Below, in pieces: positions 40,868 to 52,516 of a stretch of DNA of 64,000 nt; the first letter of the stretch is position 1; the number at the start of each line of letters is the position of its first letter. Below the pieces are notes generated by a model. That model saw nothing but the letters and a program-made list of their open reading frames with translations, was not told the DNA's origin and did no database searches. The stretch is from assembly GCA_963816145.1 (NCBI GenBank), contig CAWFJP010000018.1:128001-192000 (forward strand), written 5' to 3'. This DNA is from an uncultured delta proteobacterium. Lineage in GTDB: Bacteria > Desulfobacterota > Binatia > UBA9968. The translations under genes and the position numbers were made by a program.

Positions 40868-42299
40868 TTAAGTGCTTCTTTTATCCACGCCGCGCAGCGC
40901 TGAGGTGACGATGGCGATCGCTGCCAAGCAGGCGATGATCGTCCACGAGCCCTGAAACGCTTTGATGTAGATCTCGGCATTAGCACCCCACTGCGTGTAA
41001 GGCGGCACGCTGCCGCTCGCGAGGCCGTAATAGTTCAGCCAGCGCATGAACAGCACGCTGCCGACCGCCACGCCCATGGCGTTGGCGATGTTCGCGGAGG
41101 TCAGCGATAGACCGCTCACCGCGCCGACGTAGCGCGGTTCGACGGCGTTGAACATGCCGCTCAAGTTGGGCGACTGGAACAGCGACCAGCCCAAGCCCAA
41201 CAGCATCAGCGGGATCACCACACCTATCTGGCCAGCGGGCCCATCCAGCCGCGAGAAGCCCAACATGCTCAACATGGTGAGCGCCGACCCGACGGTGCAA
41301 AGCATGCGTGAGCCGAGGCGGTCGGCGAGCCAGCCACCGATCGGCGCGAGGACCACAATCACCAGAGAAAAACAGATCACCGTAAAACCGACCTGCGTCG
41401 GTGTATAGCCGGCAATCCCTTGGAGATAAAACGGCAATAAGAAAAACGTCGAGGTGTGCGACAGCGACACGAAGAAATGGCTCAGCAGCCCGGCCGTGAG
41501 CAAGCGGACTTTGAAGAGCGACAGATCGAGCAGCGGCGACTGGTCGCGCCGTTCAAAATATAGCAGCAACAACAGCGACGTCACCGCCACCGCGCCGGCC
41601 AGCAAAGCCGGCCAGCCGAAGCCGCCCTTGGCCACCTGCTGCAGGCCGACGACCAACGCCACTACGGTCGTGAGCAACGTCACCATGCCGACGGGATCGA
41701 TGGAGTAATCGCGCTTCTCGGTAACAGTCTCGGGGAGAATCTTCCAAGCCATGGTCGCCGCCGCCAGCGCCACCGGCAAGGTTCATGAAGAAGATCCAGC
41801 GCCAACCGATGGTATCGACCAAGAATCCGCCCACCGACGGGCCGGTGATATAGCCAAGATGAAACGACATCGACATCATGCCCAGGGCGCGGCCACGCCC
41901 TTCTTTGGCGTAGAGCCCCGAGGCGATGGCCCGGCCGTTGGCCAACACCAGCGCACCGCCGATGCCTTCGATGGCGCGAAAGCAAACGATCAACCATAGA
42001 TACGGACTCAGACCGCAGGCCGCCGAGCCGATGCCGAGCATGATGAAGCCGAGGGTATAAAGCCCCTTGCGGCCGAGCTTGTCGCCCAATCGCGCCATGC
42101 TCAAGACCAGACCGACGATGGTCAATTGATAAGCCAGCGGAATCCACTGCACCGCCGCCATCGTAGTATCGAAATGCAAAGAAATGGTCGGCAGAGCGAC
42201 GTTCACCGAGCGCGAATCGAGCGCGCTCAAGAACTGCCCGAGGCAAACATTGGCGAGGGCGAGCCTCTGGAGATTGGGAGTTATGGGTGCTTGAGCCAT
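40868..42299 (-). CDS. DHA2-family MFS transporter, frameshifted near 41781
   Basis: RLGDKLGRK, GPSVGG, WRWIFFMN then PVALAA in the next frame; PLLDLSLF. Confidence 0.88.
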
Positions 42300-42357
42300 C
42301 GCGGATTGATTATCTGCTAAAGTACTGTCTTACCTGCTAGTCGTTACCGGAATTACT

Positions 42358-42634
42358 CACCGCGAAGGCACGAAGAGCACGAAGCTCGGAATATCACATT
42401 TTCGAACGCTTCGTGTCCTTTGCGCCACCTTAGAAAATACCTGTGTCGGTACGATCTGGGCGAAGAATTGGCACGAGGCTTCCGTCATACCGGCGAAAGC
42501 CGGTATCCATCCCCTGCCGCCCCTGGATGCCGGCCTCCGCCGGCATGACGAATCAAGGAAAAAACCATGGGTTGGTGGGGGGCGGCAATTTCATACTCTG
42601 TAGACGAGCGTCAGTTCATGGACACTTCGTGGTA
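42358..42634 (-). mobile_element. Composite MITE-like element, copy 2 (inverted)
   Basis: Reverse complement aligns with 29951-30216 over both the outer arms and the insert. Confidence 0.75.
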
Positions 42635-42726
42635 AGAAACACTTTCCCATCTCGTCTACCGATTGACGCAGCTAATCTACTTGGATAGCTTGACTCGCAA
42701 AGATAATCCAGGCTGAAAGATAACTC

Positions 42727-43536
42727 ATGAGCAAGATCGCCATCGCCCAAGTGCAGTCCAGCACGGATAAGGCCAACAATCTCAAGAAAGCATTGCGGCT
42801 GGTCGACCAAGCCAAAAGCCAAGGCGCTGAACTGGTCGCTTTTCCGGAGTTCCTCATGGCGTTTTCGCCGGCAAGCCAGAGCGCCGCAGAGTTGACCGCG
42901 GTGGCCGAGCCCGTCGACGGGCCGTTTATCGCCGCACTTCGTGAATCTGCCAGAGTAGCCAACCTTGGCGTCTTGGCGGCGATTTATGAAACCAGTCCGA
43001 TAACCCATCGCGTCTACGACACTGCCGTATGGCTCGACGCGGCGGGAAACATTGCGTCGGTCTATCGCAAGCTCCACCTCTATGACGCCTTCGGCTTCAA
43101 AGAATCTGACAAATTTCATCCCGGCGCCGACATCGCGCCATTGGTCAACATCGGCGCCGCGCACTGCGGCATGATGATCTGTTACGACCTGCGCTTTCCC
43201 GAGCTGGCGCGGCTGCTCGCGCTTGAAGGCGCCAATATCTTATTTGCGCCGTCAGGCTGGGTCCAAGGCGATCTCAAGGTCGACCACTGGCAAACCATGA
43301 TCAAGGCCCGCGCCCTGGAAAACGGCTGCTTCGTCGTCGCGCCCAATCAAGTCGGTAATATCTACACCGGTCATAGCATGGCAGTGGACCCGCTCGGGCG
43401 CACGCTGGTCGATCTGCAAGAGAAAGAAGGTCTGGCGGTAGTCGATATCGATTTAAGCATAGTCAAAGAAGTGCGCGAGAAACTGCCGTTGCTGCAAAAT
43501 CGCCGCACCGATGTCTACGCTAAGCATCTCCGATAG
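42727..43536 (+). CDS. Carbon-nitrogen hydrolase (Nit1/deaminated glutathione amidase-like)
   Basis: FPE, YRKLHLYD, ICYDLRFPE, ARALEN. Confidence 0.9.
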   Translation: MSKIAIAQVQSSTDKANNLKKALRLVDQAKSQGAELVAFPEFLMAFSPASQSAAELTAVAEPVDGPFIAALRESARVANLGVLAAIYETSPITHRVYDTAVWLDAAGNIASVYRKLHLYDAFGFKESDKFHPGADIAPLVNIGAAHCGMMICYDLRFPELARLLALEGANILFAPSGWVQGDLKVDHWQTMIKARALENGCFVVAPNQVGNIYTGHSMAVDPLGRTLVDLQEKEGLAVVDIDLSIVKEVREKLPLLQNRRTDVYAKHLR

Positions 43537-43604
43537 TGATTCTCCTTGGTAAGGTTGAAATCTCTCGGCTCTCCGTTATGACTATTACAACACGGAAGAA
43601 ACTC

Positions 43605-43688
43605 GTCATGCCGGCGAAAGCCGGCATCCATCATCATTCGTTTCAAGTCGCAAACTCGAAGATGGATTCCGGCATGCGCCGGAATGAC
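43605..43688. repeat. GTCAT...ATGAC REP-like palindrome
   Basis: gtcatgccggcgaaagccggcatcca...tggattccggcatgcgccggaatgac. Confidence 0.75.
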
Positions 43689-43728
43689 GGATCAGAATAG
43701 GAGAATCAAGGAATCAGCTTCACCGATT

Positions 43729-44307
43729 ATGAGCGACAACCCAATTGAACGATTTCAAGAACTGTTAAACCAGGCTGATAAACTTGGTATCGAGCTGCAC
43801 AACGCCTTCGCTTTGGCCACCGCCGGCAAAGAACTCGATCCCACCGTGCGCATGGTGTTGTTGAAGGATGTCGATGAGCGCGGCTTGGTCTTCTACACCA
43901 ATCTGCGAAGCCATAAAGCTAGTCAATTGATCGATAACCCGTGCGCCTCGGCCTGTTTCTGGTGGCCGCAGCTAAAGCGCCAAGTGCGCATCGAAGGCCG
44001 GGTGGAACTCGTCAGCGACCAGGAAGCCGACGAGTACTTCGCCAGCCGACCGCGCGGCAGCCAAATCGGCGCTTGGGCCTCGCCACAGAGCAGCGAGCTG
44101 GCGTCGCGCCAACAACTTCTTGACGCTGTAGCGGCAATGACGAAGAGGTTTAAAGACCAACCAGTACCACGGCCGCCGTCTTGGTCCGGCTACCGGCTCG
44201 TGCCCGAGCGCATCGAGTTCTGGAAAGAACAGCCGGATCGTCTACACGAGCGCGAAGTCTACACGCGCCAAACCGACGGTTGGAATTTTAGTCTACTGGC
44301 ACCCTAG
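43729..44307 (+). CDS. pdxH: Pyridoxamine 5'-phosphate oxidase
   Basis: RMVLLK, FYTN..S.K, RQVRIEG, YFASRPRGSQIGAWASPQS, EFW..RLHER. Confidence 0.94.
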   Translation: MSDNPIERFQELLNQADKLGIELHNAFALATAGKELDPTVRMVLLKDVDERGLVFYTNLRSHKASQLIDNPCASACFWWPQLKRQVRIEGRVELVSDQEADEYFASRPRGSQIGAWASPQSSELASRQQLLDAVAAMTKRFKDQPVPRPPSWSGYRLVPERIEFWKEQPDRLHEREVYTRQTDGWNFSLLAP

Positions 44308-44382
44308 CCCGCGGATTTGGCTGAAGCTCGATAGCCAATTCTCGTCGTTGAGTTTCCCCAAGTGAAAGGCTAAAGTCGCGCC

Positions 44383-45678
44383 ATGAATTTGCCGCACCTT
44401 GAATCGTCTCTCAATCGGCTGCTGACGACAACGTCGCGAACGACCGCGGCGATTCTCGACCGCGCGCTTTCCGGGCAGGATCTAAGCGTCGACGAAGCGA
44501 CCACGCTCTTCGAGGCCGAGGGCGCCGATCTGTTGGCGATGCTCGCCGCCGCCGACCAACTGCGCGCCCAAACCGTCGGCGATGTGGTCAGCTACGTAAT
44601 CAATCGCAATATTAACTTTACCAACGTTTGCGTTAAGCAATGCGGCTTTTGCGCCTTCAGCCGCGGCCATCTCGCCGAAGAAGGTTACTTTCTACCCATC
44701 GAAGAGATCATCCGGCGCGCTACCGAAGCGCGCGATCTCGGCGCCAGCGAAGTATGCATCCAAGCGGGACTCGCTCCCGGCATGGATGGCTGGCATTACG
44801 TCAAACTTTGCCGCGCCGTCAAAGAAGCGCTGCCGGAACTGCATATTCATGGATTTTCTCCCGAGGAAGTGCTTTACGGTTCAACACTCACCGGCGTCAG
44901 CATTCGCGACTATCTTTTGGCGCTGAAAGATGCCGGCGTCGGCAGCTTGCCGGGGACTTCGGCGGAAATTTTCGTCGACGAAGTGCGCCAGCGCATCTCG
45001 CCGGGGCGGATCAGCATTGACAACTGGATCGACGTGATTCAAACCGCCCACGAAGTCGGCATCCCGACCACCTCGACGATCATGTACGGCCATATCGAAA
45101 GCGCGCGCCATCGCGCCATCCATCTGAGGGTCCTGCGCGACGTCCAGAAGCGCACCGGCGGCATCACCGAGTTCGTGCCGTTGAGCTTCGTCTTCGAAGA
45201 AGCGCCGATGTCGCACCGCAAGGCTCTGCCCGAACTGCGCCACGGCGCCAGCGGCGCGGAAGTCATGAAGATGTACGCGGTGTCACGGTTGATGCTCAAC
45301 AACTGGATCCCCAACTTGCAGGTCTCCTGGGTCAAGGAAGGACCGAAGCTATCGCAGATCGCTCTATTGGCCGGCGCCAACGATTTCGGCGGCACGCTGA
45401 TCAATGAAAGCATATCCACCGCGGCCGGCGCCGGCTACGGCCAGCTGATGAAGCCGTCGGAGTTCCGCAGCTTGATCCGGCAAATGAGCCGCATCCCGGC
45501 GGAGCGTTCGACCACCTATAAAAAGGTCCGCGTGTTCGAGTCCGAGGACAACCACCGCGACCTGCTCGACGAGATTAACGACCCTTCACAACGCTTCGGC
45601 TCCTATCAAAATCTAATTCACCTCAAAGATTATCGCTTCCGTGACTTTTACAAGGAACAGCGCGATCTAAAGCAGTAG
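44383..45678 (+). CDS. cofH: FO synthase subunit CofH (radical SAM)
   Basis: NRNINFTNVCVKQCGFCAF, PGTSAEI, TIMYGH, QVSWVKEG, GANDFGGTLINESIS. Confidence 0.85.
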   Translation: MNLPHLESSLNRLLTTTSRTTAAILDRALSGQDLSVDEATTLFEAEGADLLAMLAAADQLRAQTVGDVVSYVINRNINFTNVCVKQCGFCAFSRGHLAEEGYFLPIEEIIRRATEARDLGASEVCIQAGLAPGMDGWHYVKLCRAVKEALPELHIHGFSPEEVLYGSTLTGVSIRDYLLALKDAGVGSLPGTSAEIFVDEVRQRISPGRISIDNWIDVIQTAHEVGIPTTSTIMYGHIESARHRAIHLRVLRDVQKRTGGITEFVPLSFVFEEAPMSHRKALPELRHGASGAEVMKMYAVSRLMLNNWIPNLQVSWVKEGPKLSQIALLAGANDFGGTLINESISTAAGAGYGQLMKPSEFRSLIRQMSRIPAERSTTYKKVRVFESEDNHRDLLDEINDPSQRFGSYQNLIHLKDYRFRDFYKEQRDLKQ

Positions 45679-45718
45679 GTTCGCGGCTCTCCGGCCAGTC
45701 GACGACGACTCCTAAGAA

Positions 45719-46351
45719 ATGATCGGCGAACCAAGTCAGTTCGAAGCCATCGGCAATCGCCTTGGCTTCAGCATTGTCGAAGACTCCCCGGAGCGGCTGC
45801 GTTTGGGCTGGCAAGGAGCGCGCTTCCCGGCCTTTCTCTGTGTCGGCATCGCTGTCTTGCTGCTATTCGTCAGCGTGCCGATCCTGCAAGCGCTTTCGTT
45901 GCGCGGTTTTACCGGCCCCGCCGGTTCCCTGTGGTACTTCCCGGTGATGAATCTCGTGCTCTTTGGGATTGCTATTTTTTTGGTCACCCAGCGGCGCACC
46001 ATTGAATTCGACAGCAAGACAAAATCTTTCGAGCTCTGCCGCCGCAGTCTCTACCGCAAGACCACACTGACGGCGTCTTTTAGCGAGATTGAAAAAATCA
46101 CCCTGGGCATCGACCAAGTCTTCAGCGGCTTTGCCATTGGCGGCTCCACTGCCGCGCAAAGCTTTCCGGTGCCGGCGTTAAGAGTACATTTCAGCGACGA
46201 CCAAGCCGCGCTCCTCGATCGCGGCAGTTTGCGCAGACTGGAGGACGCGGGCAAAAAGATCGCCGCAAGAATCGGCAAGACGCTAGAGATCGCGACCGAA
46301 CTGGCGGACGGCGATCCAAATTTGAAACCGAAGGTAAGGCAGCAAAACTGA
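45719..46351 (+). CDS. Hypothetical two-TM membrane protein
   Basis: Two hydrophobic segments followed by a soluble domain. Confidence 0.65.
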   Translation: MIGEPSQFEAIGNRLGFSIVEDSPERLRLGWQGARFPAFLCVGIAVLLLFVSVPILQALSLRGFTGPAGSLWYFPVMNLVLFGIAIFLVTQRRTIEFDSKTKSFELCRRSLYRKTTLTASFSEIEKITLGIDQVFSGFAIGGSTAAQSFPVPALRVHFSDDQAALLDRGSLRRLEDAGKKIAARIGKTLEIATELADGDPNLKPKVRQQN

Positions 46352-46422
46352 CGAGACCTTTAGGTCAGAGCTGATTTCGGAAAGAGCCATCGTAGGATCT
46401 GGATGGCGGCTTTTCTAGGTTT

Positions 46423-46448
46423 GTCATTTCGAGCGGAGCGAGAAATCT
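46423..46448 (+). repeat. REP-like half element
   Basis: gtcatttcgagcggagcgagaaatct; second copy at 61660. Confidence 0.65.
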
Positions 46449-46536
46449 CTTCGCTGCACTGCCGCGGGATTGGCATGAATCTCAACCGCGGCCGAATGAT
46501 TCACCCTAACCCAGCAATTAAAACGACTCCCAAGGA

Positions 46537-47205
46537 TCAGGAGGCCGGTCGCCGCGCCAGAACGTCGTGCAACTGGCCGATGGCTTTTTTGACCCCTTCC
46601 TGGGCCAATTGATCTGCGCTCAGCCAGCGCACGCCGCGCGCGCCGATATCGCCGAGCGAGAAGATGCTTTCACTGAGCGATTTCTGGGTTTCGTCGAAGC
46701 GCGCCGTCCAAACGATATCGCCGCGCCGGACATCGACCAGGTCGAGGATAAACGCCACCGACGCCGGACTCTTGGCGCCCCACTCGTCGCCAACCCGTTC
46801 GCGAAAGCGTTGCAGCCGGCTCATCATCACCGCATCGGCGTAGACCATCTCACCGACACGCTTGAGCCTAACTTCTTCGCTGCCCGGCGGCACGTTCAGG
46901 AGGGCCTCGCGCACTTCGCTCTCGGAAACCACTTGCCAATCGGGCAGCGCGACCATCGAGGCGTGGACAAAATGCGCCAGCGACTCGGCCGCTTCCTTTT
47001 CCGAAGTCCGCGGCGTCGGCACCGTGCTGAACGGCACACTCGGCACCGGAGCGGCCACGGACACCGGCGGCGGCAATACGGCGATTCGGCGAATCCGCCG
47101 ACCCTCCAAATCGGTCGACTGTTTACTCTGCAAAGTTGCCGGCGCAAAACCGCACGCGGAAAATATCGACAACAAAAGAAATGCTATCCCAATCGGCTTT
47201 AACAT
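46537..47205 (-). CDS. Putative lipoprotein (CsgG/LpoB-like fold)
   Basis: Lipobox FSAC; RIAVLP, ADAV, LVDVRRGDIVW. Confidence 0.7.
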   Translation of the reverse strand: MLKPIGIAFLLLSIFSACGFAPATLQSKQSTDLEGRRIRRIAVLPPPVSVAAPVPSVPFSTVPTPRTSEKEAAESLAHFVHASMVALPDWQVVSESEVREALLNVPPGSEEVRLKRVGEMVYADAVMMSRLQRFRERVGDEWGAKSPASVAFILDLVDVRRGDIVWTARFDETQKSLSESIFSLGDIGARGVRWLSADQLAQEGVKKAIGQLHDVLARRPAS

Positions 47206-47250
47206 AATTGGCATTGAAACTATCAGAAGCACCGCGCCGGCTCAAGAAAA

Positions 47251-47290
47251 ACTTGTGCCGCCGCAGCTGACTGCCGGGGACGGCACAAGT
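47251..47290 (-). terminator. Hairpin after aspS
   Basis: acttgtgccg...cggcacaagt followed by a T-run on the minus strand. Confidence 0.55.
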
Positions 47291-47293
47291 AAA

Positions 47294-49096
47294 TTACTTC
47301 TCGGCGCCGATTACCCGTATGCCCAACTCGCGCAGCTGGCGCGGCGAGACCTCAGCGGGCGCTTCGGTCAGCATGCAAACCGCCCGCTGGCTTTTGGGGA
47401 ATGCTATGACATCGCGCAGCGACTTGGCGCCACTCAAAAGCATCGCCAAGCGATCGATACCGAAGGCGATGCCGCCATGGGGCGGCGCGCCGAAACTCAA
47501 CGCTTCGAGAAAAAAGCCGAACTTGGCCTGCGCTTCCTCCGCGTCGATGCCCATGAGGCCGAGAATTTTCTTTTGCAGATCGACCTGATGGATACGGATG
47601 CTGCCGCCGCCGACCTCCATGCCGTTCATGGCCAAATCGTAGGCCTTGGAGCGCGATTTGGCCGGCTCACTGTCGAGCAGGTGCAGGTCTTCGTCGAGCG
47701 GCGCGGTGAATGGATGATGCAAGGCAACGTAGCGTTTTTCTTCCGGATCGAAGTCCATCAAGGGAAAGTCGACGACCCACACCAGAGCGTAGTCTTTTTC
47801 CGGGATCAGACCGAGTTTTTCGCCCAAGTGAAGTCGCAGATTGCCCAGCGAGTCGTGGACGATCTTGGCGCTGTCGGCGGAAAACAGCACGACATCGCCG
47901 ACCTGTGCTTGTGAAATCCGCTCGACTTCCTTTTGCTCCGCTTCGGACAAGAATTTGGCGATCGGTGACTGCCAACCCTCGGCGGTAATTTTCGTCCAGG
48001 CAACTCCCCTGGCACCGAAGGTCGCGACGAACGGCGTCATGTCGTCCAAATCCTTGCGCGACAGGGCGCCGCCGTTGGGAATGCGAATGCCTTTGACCAC
48101 ACCGCCCTTTTGAATCGCCGCGGTGAAGACCTTGGCCTGGCAGTTCCGCAGTATGTCGGTAAAATCGCACAACTCCAAACCAAAGCGCATATCCGGTTTG
48201 TCCGAGCCGAAGCGATTCATCGCCTGTTCGTAGGTCAATTTAGCGAACGGCCGCTTGAGCTCGATGCCCTTCAGTTCCTTAAATAATAACGCGATCATGC
48301 CCTCGACCAACGCCATGACATCTTCGGGCTGCACGAAGGAAAGCTCCATATCGAGCTGGGTGAACTCGGGCTGGCGATCGGCGCGCAGATCTTCGTCGCG
48401 AAAACATTTGACGATCTGAAAATAACGGTCGAGGCCGCCGACCATCAAAATTTGCTTGAACAGCTGCGGCGACTGCGGCAGAGCGTAGAATTTGCCGTGG
48501 TAGATCCGGCTCGGCACCAGATAGTCTCGCGCCCCCTCGGGCGTGCTCTTGGTCAGCACCGGCGTCTCGACGTCGATGAAGCCCAAGCCGTCGAGATAGT
48601 CGCGGATCAACTTGGTCATGCGGTAGCGCAATAGCAGCGGCTTCAGACTCTGCGGGCGGCGCAGATCCAGGTAGCGATATTTGAGCCGGGTGTTCTCGTT
48701 GGCGTCGGTCTCGTCGTCGATAACAAACGGCGGCACCTGCGAGGCGTTGAGCAAACGCAAGCCGCGGCTCTTTAATTCCACTTCGCCAGTGGGCAAATCT
48801 GGATTGATGGTTTCCGGCGAGCGCTTGGCGAGTATGCCGCGCACGGCGATGACATCTTCGGAGCGAATCTGTTTCGCCTTCTCATGGGAAGCCGCGTCCC
48901 CTTCGGGGTTGAAAACGATCTGACAAAGGCCGCTACGGTCGCGCAGATCGACGAAGATCACCCCGCCGTGATCGCGCCGGCTGTGCACCCAACCGACCAA
49001 GGTCAATTCCTGCTCCACCGATGCCGCGCGCGGCTCACCGCAATAACAACTGCGCTTCCAATCGCCCAACTGATCGTTAAAGACTCGCTCCGCCAT
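47294..49096 (-). CDS. aspS: Aspartate--tRNA(Asp/Asn) ligase
   Basis: [35 protein letters not shown]. Confidence 0.97.
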   Translation of the reverse strand: MAERVFNDQLGDWKRSCYCGEPRAASVEQELTLVGWVHSRRDHGGVIFVDLRDRSGLCQIVFNPEGDAASHEKAKQIRSEDVIAVRGILAKRSPETINPDLPTGEVELKSRGLRLLNASQVPPFVIDDETDANENTRLKYRYLDLRRPQSLKPLLLRYRMTKLIRDYLDGLGFIDVETPVLTKSTPEGARDYLVPSRIYHGKFYALPQSPQLFKQILMVGGLDRYFQIVKCFRDEDLRADRQPEFTQLDMELSFVQPEDVMALVEGMIALLFKELKGIELKRPFAKLTYEQAMNRFGSDKPDMRFGLELCDFTDILRNCQAKVFTAAIQKGGVVKGIRIPNGGALSRKDLDDMTPFVATFGARGVAWTKITAEGWQSPIAKFLSEAEQKEVERISQAQVGDVVLFSADSAKIVHDSLGNLRLHLGEKLGLIPEKDYALVWVVDFPLMDFDPEEKRYVALHHPFTAPLDEDLHLLDSEPAKSRSKAYDLAMNGMEVGGGSIRIHQVDLQKKILGLMGIDAEEAQAKFGFFLEALSFGAPPHGGIAFGIDRLAMLLSGAKSLRDVIAFPKSQRAVCMLTEAPAEVSPRQLRELGIRVIGAEK

Positions 49097-50379
49097 TAAT
49101 TTGCCTTCCTCGCCATCAATGCCGCTTCCAGATTGTCTAACGGAATTTCCTGTTGCTCTTTGCTGCTCATATCACGCAGCACCGCGCGCCCCTTGCCGAG
49201 CTCGTCGTCGCCCAGGATCACCACCGAATGGGCCTTGAGCTTGTCGGCCCGGCGCATTTGGCTTTTGAGACTGCGTGACTCGGCATCGATTTCGACGCCG
49301 ATACCCTGCCGTCGCAATCGATGCACCACGGGAAAAGCCCAATCGCGCGATTTGGCACCGATCCAAGCAAAATAGACAGCGGGACCGCCGGTGTCGCCCC
49401 GCTTTTGCAAGCGCAGCAACATGGTCAACCGCTCGACGCCTATGGCGAAGCCGACACCAGGAATCGGCGGCCCGCCGAGCTGCTGCACCAGGCCGTCGTA
49501 ACGCCCTCCCGCCGCCACTGCGCTCTGGGAGCCGAGCATCTTAGTGGTCCACTCGAAGGTGGTGCGGCAGTAGTAATCCAGACCGCGCACCATGCGCGGG
49601 TTGATGGTGTAATTCACATGGGTCTCAACCAGCAACCGTTGCACCGTATCGAAGTGCTCGCGGCAGGCTGCGCACAGGCTATCCACGATGGATGGCGCAT
49701 CTTTGGTTGCGTCTATGCAGCCCGGCTCTTTGCAGTCCAAGGCACGCAGCGGATTGCGATCGATGCGCCGTTGGCAGTTGCCGCAGAGCGCCGCCTCCCG
49801 CTCCTTCAAGAACGCCAGCAAGCGAGCGCGGTACTGCGGCCGGCAGTCAGCGCAACCGAGCGAATTAATCTGCAAGGCCGGCTCGGTCAAGCCCAGCGCC
49901 TGGAAAAAATCATGCAGCAGCAAAAGAATCTCGGCGTCGATGTAGGGGTCGCCCCGGCCTAGTGCCTCGGCGCCGATCTGATGGAACTGGCGCATGCGCC
50001 CCTTTTGCGGCCGCTCGCGGCGAAACATCGGTCCCAGGTAATAGAGCTTGCGCACCGGCTCGACCTTGTACATTTCGGCTTCGACATAGGCGCGCACCAC
50101 GCCGGCGGTGCCTTCCGGGCGTAAAGTCAGCTTGGTGCCCTCCGCGTTCTCTCCAGCGCGCGCGTCGCGATCTTCAAAGGTATACATCTCCTTCTCGACA
50201 ATATCCGTCGTCTCGCCGATCGAACGGCTGAACAATTCGGTCTTCTCGACGATCGGAATGCGAATCTCGGCGAAGTTATAGGCGCTAAACACCTGGCGCG
50301 CCTGGGCTTCGACCCACTGCCAGGTTTCCACCTCGCCGGGGAGAACATCGGCAAAGCCTTTTATGCTGGTGATTTTCAT
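49096..50379 (-). CDS. hisS: Histidine--tRNA ligase
   Basis: [32 protein letters not shown]. Confidence 0.97.
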   Translation of the reverse strand: MKITSIKGFADVLPGEVETWQWVEAQARQVFSAYNFAEIRIPIVEKTELFSRSIGETTDIVEKEMYTFEDRDARAGENAEGTKLTLRPEGTAGVVRAYVEAEMYKVEPVRKLYYLGPMFRRERPQKGRMRQFHQIGAEALGRGDPYIDAEILLLLHDFFQALGLTEPALQINSLGCADCRPQYRARLLAFLKEREAALCGNCQRRIDRNPLRALDCKEPGCIDATKDAPSIVDSLCAACREHFDTVQRLLVETHVNYTINPRMVRGLDYYCRTTFEWTTKMLGSQSAVAAGGRYDGLVQQLGGPPIPGVGFAIGVERLTMLLRLQKRGDTGGPAVYFAWIGAKSRDWAFPVVHRLRRQGIGVEIDAESRSLKSQMRRADKLKAHSVVILGDDELGKGRAVLRDMSSKEQQEIPLDNLEAALMARKAN

Positions 50380-50462
50380 AAGCGAATTTTCGGCGTCCCC
50401 ACAAGACACCATAAGAGCTGGGCGAGTTCAAGTTAGCGCGCCCCGCACCGTCGCACGGCAGC

Positions 50463-51185
50463 CTAGCTACGGGCATCGTAACGGTAAATCCGCGTGCGCC
50501 GGGTGGTGCCGTGCAACTGGCTGAAAAGAAATCCGCGAAAGGTCATGAAATAAGCGAGCAATAGGCCAATCATGAAAGCGGACGCGAATAGCCGGACAAA
50601 CGTCGGCAGACCGAACAGCAACGAATCAAAGAAATCCAAAAACAAATAACCGGCGGCGAAAAGGATCAGGTTGGGCACCAGCCACTCGATCCAGTTCTCG
50701 ACGATAAAATTGTAGCTCGCGCCGATCAGCTCCAATCCCGAAACGCGCCCTTGATAAATCATTTCGGGGACAGCATTGAGCAGCAGGAACAAGCCCAAGC
50801 GCAGCAAGAGGTAAATAAGCGCGCCGTTGGGCACGCCGGCCAGGCCATTGGCCGCCGCCCACATGGGCAGCCAGAGAATAAAGAAAAACGTCAGCAGTTC
50901 ACCCAGATAGGCCGTGAAGCCATTGAGAAAATCGTTGCTATCGGTCTTGCCGCTCTCGACCAAGTTCTTTACCAGATAAAGCCCCGAGCTGGCGCAAGCC
51001 GAGCTGACCAACGAATAGACCAGGCCGCCGATCATGCCGAGCGGACCAACGACGATGCCAGTCACGGTTAGGATGATTCCATAAATGACCGGTGCGAAGC
51101 TGACGACCCAGTTCTTGCGCAGGCAGTCCCAGGACTTGCTGAGCGACGTGGCATACAACCAAAGGGTTACTTGGAGAATTTTCAT
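50463..51185 (-). CDS. Hypothetical multi-TM membrane protein
   Basis: Long hydrophobic ORF, NAVPEMIY, FIVENWIEW. Confidence 0.75.
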   Translation of the reverse strand: MKILQVTLWLYATSLSKSWDCLRKNWVVSFAPVIYGIILTVTGIVVGPLGMIGGLVYSLVSSACASSGLYLVKNLVESGKTDSNDFLNGFTAYLGELLTFFFILWLPMWAAANGLAGVPNGALIYLLLRLGLFLLLNAVPEMIYQGRVSGLELIGASYNFIVENWIEWLVPNLILFAAGYLFLDFFDSLLFGLPTFVRLFASAFMIGLLLAYFMTFRGFLFSQLHGTTRRTRIYRYDARS

Positions 51186-51229
51186 GGCGTCCAGTTATAG
51201 CAGAAAAAGTTTGCCGATTCAGAGCCCGC

Positions 51230-52056
51230 GGCGATAAGGTTTCTTCGCTCGCGAGGGGATCGACCTGGAAATGATTCCCATCGACGGCGGCACGGCAAAC
51301 ATGGTCGTGGCGCTCACCAAGGGCGTGGTCGCTATCTCCCGTAGCACCACACCTTACCTGATCCAGGACATGCTCAGAGGCTCCGACAACCTGGCGATCC
51401 TTGGCAAATCCGCGACGCCGATCTGCAGCTTGATCGCCAAACCGGAAATCAAAAGCTTTGGCGATCTCAAGGGCAAGACCATCGGATTAGACCTCGCTGT
51501 CGACACAATTGCGATTTCGACGCGCAAGCTCATGCCGCTCAACGGCATCAAGGAAGCTTATTTCAAGGTCAAATAGTTGGTCGGCATGGCGGCCCGGGCC
51601 GACTGCTTGAGAAAAGGCGAATGCGATGCCGTGCCGCTCGGTCAGCCCGAAGATTTTCTCCTAATGAAACAAGGCTACCATCGCCTCGGCGTTTCCACTG
51701 ATGCGATGAAAGATTTTCAGTTTATCGTCAGCGCGGTACGCCGCTCCTGGGTCGAGAAGAATAAAGACGCGCTCATCCGCTACGTCCGCGCGCTGGCCTC
51801 AGTCTTTCGCTTCATGCGCGATCCCGCCGGCCGTGACGAAGTCGTCCGCATGGTCGTCGACACTACCGGCTCGTCGGAGGAGATCGCGCGCCAGACCTTG
51901 GCGCTTTACTTCGATCCGGACCGCGGGGTAACAGCCAAACAAGGCGAGATCGATGTCAAAGGCTTCGCCCCGGTCATTCAGGTGACGGCGGAAGCCGGCG
52001 AACTGGCGCCGCTCCTGCCTCAAGAGCGGAGCGTTTTATCGACTTGCAGTACTTAA
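51230..52056 (+). pseudogene. Degraded NMT1-like ABC substrate-binding protein
   Basis: No signal peptide, internal TAG at 51574-51576, 3' frameshift; IKSFGDLKGKTIG motif. Confidence 0.7.
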
Positions 52057-52088
52057 AGGCGGCAAGATCGCAGTGAGCGATTGGCAGG

Positions 52089-52373
52089 TCAGCAGGAATA
52101 GATCTGGACATCGTTTTCCTCGATGCGCTTGCCGCGGGTAATCAGCTTGACGATGCTGCAAACGTTGCGGCTGACATCGGCAAGATTGGCGACCGGGAAG
52201 CCGTCGTTCAAGTAGCGGCCGATAAACTTTTCCGCACCGAGGTCGACGATTTGCAAATAATCGTTGCTAGCGTCGATATACTGCTTCATCCCCGGCGCCG
52301 GGCTATCCAAGTCTTCCTGCAGCGCCCTGGTGATCTTGATCCCGACAAACAGGCGCTTGGCTGCTTCATCCAT
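52089..52373 (-). CDS. Hypothetical protein
   Basis: 94-aa ORF with AAGGAG RBS. Confidence 0.7.
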   Translation of the reverse strand: MDEAAKRLFVGIKITRALQEDLDSPAPGMKQYIDASNDYLQIVDLGAEKFIGRYLNDGFPVANLADVSRNVCSIVKLITRGKRIEENDVQIYSC

Positions 52374-52516
52374 CCGAAAATTCTCCTTACTACCGGGTTT
52401 TAACTTCCTAATGATAAATTAACTTCACACTGAGTAAAAGCCAAAATAGTCCTCGAACCGTACCTCTAGATAGCGTGTTACGACGCCCAGCGGCATGGCA
52501 ATTTTGACATTGCCAG

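Noticed and set aside
46862-47914. Long antisense or overlapping ORFs (also 31893-32993, 57181-57954, 61831-62715 and others)
   Set aside because: Shadow ORFs of well-supported genes in high-GC DNA, with no motifs of their own.
51574-51576. Pyrrolysine or readthrough at the in-frame TAG in the SBP gene
   Set aside because: The gene also lacks its 5' end and has a 3' frameshift, so ordinary pseudogenisation explains it.
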